In this document: in pieces, positions 1 to 8,800 of the stretch
Layout: the number at the start of each line of letters is the position of its first letter
Numbering within the stretch: position 1 is the first letter of the stretch
NCBI GenBank assembly: GCA_963662285.2
Contig: CAXXMV010000008.1
Location: 480,001-544,000, forward strand
Origin: a bacterium
GTDB lineage: Bacteria; Hinthialibacterota; Hinthialibacteria; Hinthialibacterales; Hinthialibacteraceae
Reading direction: 5' to 3'
Length of the DNA: 64,000 nucleotides
The notes under the pieces: generated by a model
The model's input: the letters and a program-made list of their open reading frames with translations, nothing else
The model's database searches: none
Told to the model about the DNA's origin: nothing
Translations under genes and position numbers: made by a program

Positions 1-1
1 A

Positions 2-1162
2 GATCAAGCAACTGGCGCGTCGAAATACGCTTATGATCCTAATGTTCCAGAGGAACTGCGCATACGTGATGGGTTGCCTAATTTTTTCGCCAAACTCGCT
101 GCTGGCGGTCCGGTGCGCATCGCCTATCTGGGCGGAAGCATCACTGCGGCTAACGGATGGCGTCCAAAGAGTTTTGCGTGGTTCAAATCACAGTATCCAA
201 AAGTTGAACTAATCCAGATCAACGCCGCTATATCAGGCACGGGGTCGGATTATGGGGCCTGCCGCATTGCTTCGGATGTTTTAGCCCATCAACCTGACCT
301 TATCTTTATGGAACACCGGGTGAATGGCGGCGCGGGATTTGAAGCCAAGTCGGTGGAAGGCATCATCCGTCAGATTTGGCGCAGTAATCCACACACTGAT
401 ATTTGTCTGGTGTACACCATATCACATAGTATGCTCAAGACTATCCAGTCGGGCAAGACGCCCGGCTTCGGCGCTATCATGGAGAAAGCGGCCAATGTTT
501 ACGGCATCCCATCAATCGATCTCGGCGTAGAAATCGCCAAACGCGAAAAAGCGGGTGAACTCATTTTTAAGGGCAAAGACCCTGTAGATGGGAAACTGGT
601 ATTTTCGGCGGATGGAGTTCATCCCGGAGGCGCTGGACATGATGTATACACAGAAGTCATTGCACGTTCAATGCTTAAAATGAAAGCAGAAGACAAAACG
701 CTGGAACATTCGCTTCCCAAACCGCTGGATTCTCTCTGTTGGGAAACGGCTACGCTGCTACCGATCACTGATGCTAAACTAAGTCCTGGTTGGAGCAGCG
801 TTGACGCCAAAACAGATGCTGTTTACCGCGACGATTTCGGTCGTACGCAGGGCATGCTGCATGAGGCGAAAAAATGCGGCCATGCAGGCGAGACCATCAC
901 GGTCAGATGGAATGGTCAAACAATCGGTTTCAGTGATATCCCCTATGGCGAAGGTATGGAAGTTGAAGTGACTATCGATGATGCAACAAAGCCGATTGTG
1001 ATCAAACGGGTGCAGAGAGAAAAAAGAAAATACGCCCGGTTCTTTTATTTACCTGAGCAGTCATCCGGAGAACACACAGCGGTGTTGCGGATCAAGCAAT
1101 TACCTGAAGGTTTGACCTACTATGCCGGACAGATACTGATCGTCGGCGAAGTGCTTCCATGA
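2..1162 (+). CDS. SGNH/GDSL-family hydrolase (5'-truncated by window edge)
   Basis: Block I LGGSIT, G in SGTGS, EHRVN, and DGVHP catalytic motif; frame is open back to nt 2 (DQATGASKYAYDPNVPEELRIRDGLPNFF). Confidence 0.85.
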   Translation, partial: DQATGASKYAYDPNVPEELRIRDGLPNFFAKLAAGGPVRIAYLGGSITAANGWRPKSFAWFKSQYPKVELIQINAAISGTGSDYGACRIASDVLAHQPDLIFMEHRVNGGAGFEAKSVEGIIRQIWRSNPHTDICLVYTISHSMLKTIQSGKTPGFGAIMEKAANVYGIPSIDLGVEIAKREKAGELIFKGKDPVDGKLVFSADGVHPGGAGHDVYTEVIARSMLKMKAEDKTLEHSLPKPLDSLCWETATLLPITDAKLSPGWSSVDAKTDAVYRDDFGRTQGMLHEAKKCGHAGETITVRWNGQTIGFSDIPYGEGMEVEVTIDDATKPIVIKRVQREKRKYARFFYLPEQSSGEHTAVLRIKQLPEGLTYYAGQILIVGEVLP

Positions 1163-1176
1163 ATAAATTATGGAAC

Positions 1177-1211
1177 GTGGTGGGCTACGCTTCGCTTTTA
1201 GCCCACCCTAC
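1177..1211. repeat. REP-like palindrome (family A, GGTGGG...CCCACC with CTAC end)
   Basis: gtggtgggctacgcttcgcttttagcccaccctac; same core at 3195-3227. Confidence 0.8.
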
Positions 1212-1285
1212 CAGCTGCTATGCCGGACAGATACTAGTCGTCGGCGCCGTGCTTCAATGAATTATTTAGAACGGAAATATATATA

Positions 1286-2191
1286 ATGAAACTGACAAAT
1301 CTTCCCCGGCGTAATTTTTTGCAATGTCTCAGCGCCTTGGCCGTTTCGGGCGGTATGTCTTCTTGCTGCACTAGCGCTTTGAAGAATGGACAGACATCAA
1401 CTCTCTCTGAGCGGTTGTTTGTGATGGATACCTTCTTTTGGGATGACGGCCTGGATGTTGAACAACAGATCAAACTTTTGCAACAGGTCAATCAATTCAA
1501 GGGAACCGATTGCCGGACCAACTGGGAAAAGTTCCCCGGAGTACTCGAAACCTTCGACCAACATAAAATCGAAATGGCTGCGGTTTACCTGCCCCTCTCC
1601 ATGGATGATCCAATCCCTGCGTTTGTCGCTCCCATGCTGCAAAGCCTGAAAGGGCGTGGGACGCTCATCTGGCTTAATCCCACCAGTCAAAAATTCAAAC
1701 CTTCCGATACGTCAGGCGATCCCGCCGCCATTGCGCTGATCCATAGGATATCGGATATGGCAATTGACAACCGCCTGCCAATTTCGCTTTACCATCACCG
1801 GGGGAACTGGATGGAACGGGTCAATGATACCTACCGGCTGGCCGTTAAATCAAAGCGGGATAATGTTGGATGCACATTCAACCTCTATCACTGGCTTTGC
1901 ACGGCTAATTCTGATAGTTTAGATTCAGTAGCCGCAATGGTGACGCCCAAACTCAATTGCATTACGATTAATGGCGCAATGAAAGACTCCGCCCGGTTGG
2001 ATGTCCGCAAAGCCATCCTGCCATTGAATCAGGGCGATTATGATGTTGAAAACTTTGTAAGGACATTCATAAACCTGGGATACCAAGGTTCGTTCTGTCT
2101 TCAAGGGTATGGTATAAGTGGAAATATAGAGAATAAATTATCACAATCCTTACATACATGGGAAAATATTTGCGACAGAATTCAAACATAA
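1286..2191 (+). CDS. Tat-exported sugar-phosphate isomerase/epimerase-like TIM-barrel protein
   Basis: RRNFLQ twin-arginine signal; LYHH, FNLYHW, ILPLNQGDYDV and GYQGSFCLQ motifs of the xylose-isomerase-like (AP_endonuc_2) fold. Confidence 0.75.
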   Translation: MKLTNLPRRNFLQCLSALAVSGGMSSCCTSALKNGQTSTLSERLFVMDTFFWDDGLDVEQQIKLLQQVNQFKGTDCRTNWEKFPGVLETFDQHKIEMAAVYLPLSMDDPIPAFVAPMLQSLKGRGTLIWLNPTSQKFKPSDTSGDPAAIALIHRISDMAIDNRLPISLYHHRGNWMERVNDTYRLAVKSKRDNVGCTFNLYHWLCTANSDSLDSVAAMVTPKLNCITINGAMKDSARLDVRKAILPLNQGDYDVENFVRTFINLGYQGSFCLQGYGISGNIENKLSQSLHTWENICDRIQT

Positions 2192-2204
2192 GGGAGATCA
2201 CATA

Positions 2205-3182
2205 ATGTCATCAGAAACCACTCGAAGGACGTTTATCCGCAATTCTCTCACCGCATCAATCGCCGTAGCCTCTACAGCTGGCGCTGCATCTTCCGAACCT
2301 TCCGCGAGCGATGCGCAGAAGAAAAAAGAGGCCGCCGGACAGTCGCTCCCCATGGGGAAAATCGGCGATCTGAATATAAGCCGTATTCTCCTGGGCGGCA
2401 ACCTGCTGACTCATTACACGCACAGCCGCGACTTGAAATATGTCTATAACCTGGCCAAACATTACAATACCGTAGATAAAATTTTAGAAACCATGGCCAT
2501 AGCCGAGGCCAACGGCGTCAACACCCTGGTTATTCATACCGCGCCTGGCGTTATGGAATTCCTACAGAAATACCGTAATGATCACAACGGCAATATCCAA
2601 TGGATAATCTGCCCGACCGCCAATATTGATGACTCCATGAACGATTACCGCAAACAGGTTCAACAAATCGTTGAGATGGGCGTTGATGCGATATACCTGT
2701 GGGGCGTTCGCGCCGACCAACTGGCATCTCAGGGGAGAATCGATCTGATTGAAAAAGCAGTGCAAATCGCTCAGGAAATGGGAGTGCCGTCCGGTGTGGG
2801 CGCTCATGACCTGAACGTGATTCAACAATGCGAGAAGCATGGCGTAGACGCAGATTTCTATGTCAAAACCCTGCACCACCACGATTACCCCACTGCGCCC
2901 AAACCTGAGGAACTCACAAAAATATATTCGGAAATTCCAGGTTATTGGTGCAACAAACCCGAAGAAGTTATCTCATTCATGAACGGCGTATCCAAACCTT
3001 TCATCGCCTACAAAGTAATGGCGGCTGGCGCCATCCCACCGGAAAACGCCTTCCAATACGCCTTCGATAAAGGCGCCGATTTCGTCCTGGCGGGAATGTT
3101 CGATTTCGAGATTGCCGAGAATGTCCGAACCGCCAATAGCGTTTTGAAAAAGGTAAACCGGACGCGGCCTTGGATGGCTTAG
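2205..3182 (+). CDS. Tat-exported aldo/keto-reductase-like TIM-barrel protein
   Basis: RRTFIR signal; LPMGKIGDLNISRILLGGN N-terminus and KPFIAYKVMAAG resemble the AKR fold; GGGAG RBS. Confidence 0.6.
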   Translation: MSSETTRRTFIRNSLTASIAVASTAGAASSEPSASDAQKKKEAAGQSLPMGKIGDLNISRILLGGNLLTHYTHSRDLKYVYNLAKHYNTVDKILETMAIAEANGVNTLVIHTAPGVMEFLQKYRNDHNGNIQWIICPTANIDDSMNDYRKQVQQIVEMGVDAIYLWGVRADQLASQGRIDLIEKAVQIAQEMGVPSGVGAHDLNVIQQCEKHGVDADFYVKTLHHHDYPTAPKPEELTKIYSEIPGYWCNKPEEVISFMNGVSKPFIAYKVMAAGAIPPENAFQYAFDKGADFVLAGMFDFEIAENVRTANSVLKKVNRTRPWMA

Positions 3183-3183
3183 A

Positions 3184-3235
3184 AGCAGTGGGATGTGGTG
3201 GGCTACGCTTCGCTTTTAGCCCACCACTCCCTGCT
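3184..3235. repeat. REP-like palindrome (family A) with extended stem
   Basis: Core gtggtgggctacgcttcgcttttagcccacc identical to the 1177 copy, flanked by agcag...ctgct. Confidence 0.8.
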
Positions 3236-3267
3236 AGCGAAGAACCATATTTTTTATAAATTGAAAC

Positions 3268-3299
3268 AAAAACGGAGCCTATTAGAGCTCCGTTTTTTT
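3268..3299. terminator. Bidirectional intrinsic terminator
   Basis: aaaaacggagc-ctattaga-gctccgttttttt between convergent genes. Confidence 0.8.
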
Positions 3300-3325
3300 A
3301 TCTTACATTAATTTTATTTTAGACA

Positions 3326-4198
3326 TTAAGGAATAAGTGATTCCTTATCACTGTTTCGGGAAGGCGTCTGATATGGAGTAGATTTGTTGCGTTTTTTGAA
3401 TTTATCTCTTATTTGCTTTGATTCAGAGTCAACCGCTGGTTCACTTTTTTCGGCTTTTTCCACTGTCTTTTCAGGGGTTGATTTTACCTTCTCTTCATCT
3501 TTTGAACGGTTGAAAACATTCAGGAAAGAAAAAATACCCTTTTTCTTTTCGGTTGAGGAGTTCTCAACGGCTTTCTCTTCAACATTTGTTCTGGACTCTG
3601 TTTTATAGGGAACGGTCTTTTTGTACTTATCCATGCCGGATTTTTCTTTGTTTTGTTGATAATCAGAAGGAGGCTTAATTTCTAATGGGCCGATCAATTC
3701 AACAAAGGTTCCATCAGGGTCTTTAACCAATACGAAATGCCGGTCTGTTCCAAGAGGAATCGGGGTGTTGCCCAAGAAAGGCACGTTATTCTTTTTAATT
3801 CGATCAATAAAAGGTTGCAGCGCAACGACGTTGATGGTCAGGTACTGAATACCGGTCTGGCTATGGAGATATTCATTTTCCTGTTTTTTCGCCCGGTCGC
3901 CGAAGGTCATTAACTTTAACTGAGTGGCATCGTCGCCAGCTCCGAGTTTGAGTATTTCAACATGAATCGGCAGACTATCAGTCAATCCCGACTTTTTACC
4001 GAAATCGGCGTCGACGTCGAATGAGGAATTGCCGATTTGCGACATGCCGATGACGTCTTTATAAAAATGCATTGATTCATCCAGGTCGGATACAATCATG
4101 CCGATGAGGATGGTTTTGGAACTAAATTCATCCGGTGCGCTAAATGCACTTAAACTTAAAACAGCGATTAAAACAAGAATGAAAGACGCGCGTTTCAT
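3326..4198 (-). CDS. Secreted VOC/glyoxalase-family protein with Lys/Glu-rich C-terminal tail
   Basis: Signal peptide; IVSDLDESMHFYKDVIG and VKDPDGTFVELI VOC motifs; AGGAG RBS before ATG 4198 (GTG 4201 alternative). Confidence 0.8.
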   Translation of the reverse strand: MKRASFILVLIAVLSLSAFSAPDEFSSKTILIGMIVSDLDESMHFYKDVIGMSQIGNSSFDVDADFGKKSGLTDSLPIHVEILKLGAGDDATQLKLMTFGDRAKKQENEYLHSQTGIQYLTINVVALQPFIDRIKKNNVPFLGNTPIPLGTDRHFVLVKDPDGTFVELIGPLEIKPPSDYQQNKEKSGMDKYKKTVPYKTESRTNVEEKAVENSSTEKKKGIFSFLNVFNRSKDEEKVKSTPEKTVEKAEKSEPAVDSESKQIRDKFKKRNKSTPYQTPSRNSDKESLIP

Positions 4199-4653
4199 CA
4201 CAGTTCTCCTATGCCCGATATTTTTATAATTCTATTACATAAATCGATTTAATGCAATTCCGTTACATTGGTGAATCTGATGGGATACGCTGCAATGGTG
4301 ATTTGAATACTATAGTATTCTTCGCTTTATCCCATCCACCAACTAATATTACACAATCCGATTTGACGCAATTCCAGCCTGGTTGCATCTTAGATTGGAT
4401 AACAACGCCCTGAATAATCATCTGAACGTTTTGACAGCTTATATATCGAAGGATATACTTCATTTGACTTATAGCAAGTGCCAAAAACAGATTCCATTTG
4501 AGACGGATAACACAAATAATCTCGCTTTAATCAGCATTTTGAGTTAAGATCGTTACTCAATGGATGAATCACTAGTTAAACCTATTAGAGAGACATTCTA
4601 TATACTATTGCTTCCTTTTGGCGTCTGTGCGAATTTCCTGGAAGGTGAATCAA

Positions 4654-5694
4654 ATGTCTGAACAAAAAAAATGTAAAGTAAAGATTATCGGAGCAACAGG
4701 ATACACTGGTGGAGAACTGATCCGGCTGTTGCTGACTCATCCCCACGTTGAAATCGTTTCTCTAACCGGAGCGGGCATCGGCGACCCTACGCCAGTATAC
4801 GAGTACTGGTCATGGCTGCGTAAAGTATGCGACATGAAGGTCTACGAAGAGGAAGTCGGCAAAACTGACGGCGCCGATATCGTCTTCTTAAGCACCCCTC
4901 ATGGCATATCCATGAAACTCGCTCCCGCCTATCTCGAAAAAGGCTGCCGCGTAATCGACCTATCCGCCGATTACCGCTTCAAAGACCTGGCCATTCGCAA
5001 TAAATGGTATGAAGGCGAACATACTTCGCCTGAATTATGCGCTGAAGCAGTTTATGGTATGCCCGAACTGTTCCGCGATGATGTAAAATCAGCCAAATTG
5101 ATCGCCAATCCCGGATGCTACCCGACTACTGTTATCCTGGGTCTCTATCCCGCGATAAAAAGCGGCTTGATCCAACCACAAGGCATTCATGTTAATTCTT
5201 CAACCGGCGTAACCGGCGCAGGAAAGCGGGCTAATCTCCTGTTCCATCATCCGGAACTTGACCAGAATTATTTCGCTTACCGCATCGGCAACCATCAGCA
5301 CTGTCCGGAAATGATGGCTATATTAAGCCAGGCGACCGCCAAAGATGTATCACTGACCTTCGCGCCCCATGTTCTGCCATTACAGCGCGGCATCCTTTCA
5401 ACCATGTACTGCCGCAAAGCGGATGGCGTTACTCTGCAACAGGTTTGGGATGCATACCAGAAACAGTATGGCGATGAACAATTCATCAGATTGTATCCTT
5501 TAGGAAAAGCGCCTGACCTACAGGCCGTCAGACTAAGCAACTTCGTGGATATCTCCATTCATGAAGACGCCAACACTGGCGATATTATTATTATGTCAGC
5601 CGAAGACAACCTGGTTAAAGGCGCCGCTGGTCAAGCTGTACAAAACTTGAATGTAATAATGGATTATCCCGAACGATTTGGATTATTACCCTAG
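4654..5694 (+). CDS. argC: N-acetyl-gamma-glutamyl-phosphate reductase
   Basis: IIGATGYTG, IDLSADYR, IANPGCYPT, DNLVKGAAGQAVQN; start ATG 4654 after GAAGGTG. Confidence 0.97.
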   Translation: MSEQKKCKVKIIGATGYTGGELIRLLLTHPHVEIVSLTGAGIGDPTPVYEYWSWLRKVCDMKVYEEEVGKTDGADIVFLSTPHGISMKLAPAYLEKGCRVIDLSADYRFKDLAIRNKWYEGEHTSPELCAEAVYGMPELFRDDVKSAKLIANPGCYPTTVILGLYPAIKSGLIQPQGIHVNSSTGVTGAGKRANLLFHHPELDQNYFAYRIGNHQHCPEMMAILSQATAKDVSLTFAPHVLPLQRGILSTMYCRKADGVTLQQVWDAYQKQYGDEQFIRLYPLGKAPDLQAVRLSNFVDISIHEDANTGDIIIMSAEDNLVKGAAGQAVQNLNVIMDYPERFGLLP

Positions 5695-5737
5695 CGCTAA
5701 TAAGTTGTCAAACAAATAATATCGGATAACCCATATT

Positions 5738-5823
5738 CTCCCCCCAAGTTTGGGGGGAGTTAGAGGGGGGTTGAATTTCAACGAATCAACTCCCCCCTAA
5801 CCGCCCCAGGCTTGGGAGCGGGA
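5738..5823. repeat. Inverted pair of CTCCC...GGGAG palindromic repeats (family C)
   Basis: ctccccccaagtttggggggagttagaggggggttga followed by an inverted copy tcaactccccc...gggagcggga; relatives at 28156, 35584 and 35803. Confidence 0.7.
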
Positions 5824-5879
5824 TAATAGAATAAGCAGTCACACTGTTTTTCATCCAGTTATTAATCGGGGAGCATAAT

Positions 5880-8800
5880 ATGAGACGTCTTTGTGTCTGG
5901 TTTTTCATTGGGATTCTTGTTCTTTTTGTAAATGTACTTTCTTCACAAGCCATATCGAAACCATCGTTGAATTCTCCTGCGCGGAATTCTACCTTTGCTC
6001 TACTCGATTCCACCAGAGATTCGGTGCGCCTGAATTATCGCAATGAATCAAAAAAAAGGCATGTCCTAACCAATTCGTCGATTTATGTCGGCATACCGGT
6101 CGATGCATCGTATGAAACGAATTTCATCTCGTGGGATTATCGTGAAAGCGCTTCGAATGGTAAAACCTCTAAAGATATCAACTTCAGTGATTTAACTGAA
6201 CAAGAACGCTCCATATTCAATAGCGACCTGCGTTCCTCAATCAACATCAAGCGCTATGCGTTTCAAGAACTCGATATTCTCAAAATTGAGATCGATTCCT
6301 CTATTAAACATAAGTCTGCTAACAAACAAACAATTTCTTTGAACCAGTTGGAATTTGAAATACATTGGACCGAAAGTAATGCTCCTCAAGCGAACGCTCC
6401 CAACCGCCCCGATGCTGGTTATAACCGTCTCTTTCGCAACCTCTGCATCAATGGAGACATGGCGCCCGAACTTAGGCGGAAACGAATCCTGCCCGAGAAA
6501 GAACTCGATGCAAAATTCAATCCCCAAATAGTAGGATTCAAAGAAACAGGTTCGTTGATTAACCTCGCCAAATCGCCTATCGCATCCAGAGCCGATGCCG
6601 TTCGCGTACGGATTAGAGATACCGGTATGCTGGCGATTCATACGGATGATCTCACCAAACAAGGCGTCCCGACAAACCGGGTCGCGCTTGATCAGGTGCG
6701 GGTCTGGCACGAGGACAAAGAAATTGCAGTATCCATTGATGATTATAATAACAACAGCGTTTTCGATGAAAATGACGCCATTATTTTCTATGGAGAAGAA
6801 TCCACCTCTGATTATACTAAGGACTCTCAATATTTCCTGACCTGGTTTGAACTGGAGTCGCCTCCCAAACGGATTGAACGGCAAGAGATTAAATTAAGCG
6901 AAAACGGCTCTTCTTCTTATAATGCACGTCAAATAGTGGATGATGACGTTATCCTGGTCGAAGAGAAAAGCCGGAAACAATATGGCTGGTATCTCTTCGA
7001 GATGGATAAAAAATTCAAAAGCCTTCTGCTGAATCTGCCTGATATAACAGAAGAGGGAGATATCAGCGTCAAACTTGAATCATTTAATAAAACCCGACTG
7101 AAATCCACCGGATTCACAGTTCAAATAGTTAACGCAGCAAATATAATTACGGCTACAGACATAATCAACGGTACAGTCATAAGCGACGCTTCTGCTCATT
7201 ACGCTTTATCTGGACGAGTTAATACCGCCACTACATACATTTTTTCGGCCTCCGCCTCACAAGACCTTAAATCAGCATCACTGTTAATCACGCTTGATCA
7301 GGAACCGGAAAAGTATATCGCCCCCAAACAAGGTTTAAGTGAAAAAGTCGGTAATGTACCCCACTTATTCTTTAATTCCATAGAAGTAACTTATCCCCGC
7401 AAAGCCATAATGAACGACGCTCCATTGTTATTCGACCGGGCATGTTTGGCGGCTGAAGCGGATGCAGTCGTTCTTCATGCTACCGCTGCTGATCGCGTTG
7501 TCAGCGCCTGGGTAATCGATGCCACCGGATGCTTCGCCAGACTATCCATCAAACCACCCATCAGTGAAAAATCTATACTACTGCCTGACCAGAATTGGGA
7601 TAGGATGGAATTGATCTATGATGACGCCATCGCGAGTCCGTATACCGTCGACCAGGATTTCGATTCTTCCCTGCACCGCAAAGATCAAGGATATGACTAT
7701 ATAATCATTACGCCGCGCTTTATGACTTCAGAAGCCAGAAAATTAGCCCGGCGGCGTACTCAAGATGGATTCAACGTACTACTGACTGATGTACAAGATA
7801 TTTACGATGAATTCAATTATGGTTATCCCAGTTGCAAAGCCATCAAAAATTTCCTGCGTTACGCGCAATCAGAATGGACTGGATTATCTCCTGAATTTGT
7901 GGTGTTTATCGGTGATTGCTCTTGGGATCATCGTGATCGCAGCGGAGAAGGCGCCAAAGATTTGCTGCCGACCTACACGCCGGATAACAATCCTATGGAT
8001 GACGCCTCAGATGAATGGTACGCCTATCTGTGGGGAGATTCGAATGATATATTCTCCGATATAATCACTGGACGGATATCGGTTCAAACCGTTGAGGATT
8101 TAGCGAATTATCTCACCAAACTGGATACCTATGAATCAGAATCCAAGGTTGGGCCATGGCGCGCCCGCAGCGTATACATCACCGATGATGATGATGGCCA
8201 ATTCAAGCGCTTCTCTATCACCAATTCAAACAAAAGTCTGCCGGATAACTATTATCCCGTTTTCATCCATCAAGAGGATTATCCACTGGTAACCAATCCT
8301 TATCTTTATTATAGATTTAAAGACAGCAAAGATCCCAGACATGAAGAATACCGCAATAAGAAATACTGCCCTTCATGCGCGCTGGATATTCTGAAAGAAT
8401 TTGATAAAGGCTCGCTTGTCTTGCAGTATATCGGACATGGTGGAAATCAGATATGGTCTGAAGAGCGTATCTTCTATGGCACTAAGAGTCCTAAAAGCAG
8501 CCTGCTGGAATTAAAACCAACTACCAGATTTCCATTCGTAGTTAGTTGGTCATGTCTGACGGGATATTTAAATTTTAATATCGAACCGTTCACCATTTGC
8601 ATGTCCGAAGAATTGATCCGTTATCCCGACCGCGGCGCAATCGCCGTCTGGGGACCAAGCGGCGGTGGAACCACCAACAAGCACATGGGGCTTTCAACGC
8701 TGATGCTGCGCAATATGACGCTTGATGGACTGAATCGCCTGGGAGAAGCCATGACCTTCACCAAGGTCGAATATTTACAGGAAGATTACAGCCCCGATAT

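Noticed and set aside
1120-1268. Diversity-generating retroelement
   Set aside because: The repeat is short, mismatches are not confined to adenines of one copy, and no RT is present; kept only as a duplication finding.
4263-4484. 73-aa ORF between the VOC gene and argC
   Set aside because: TTG start, no RBS or recognisable motif; likely divergent promoter DNA.
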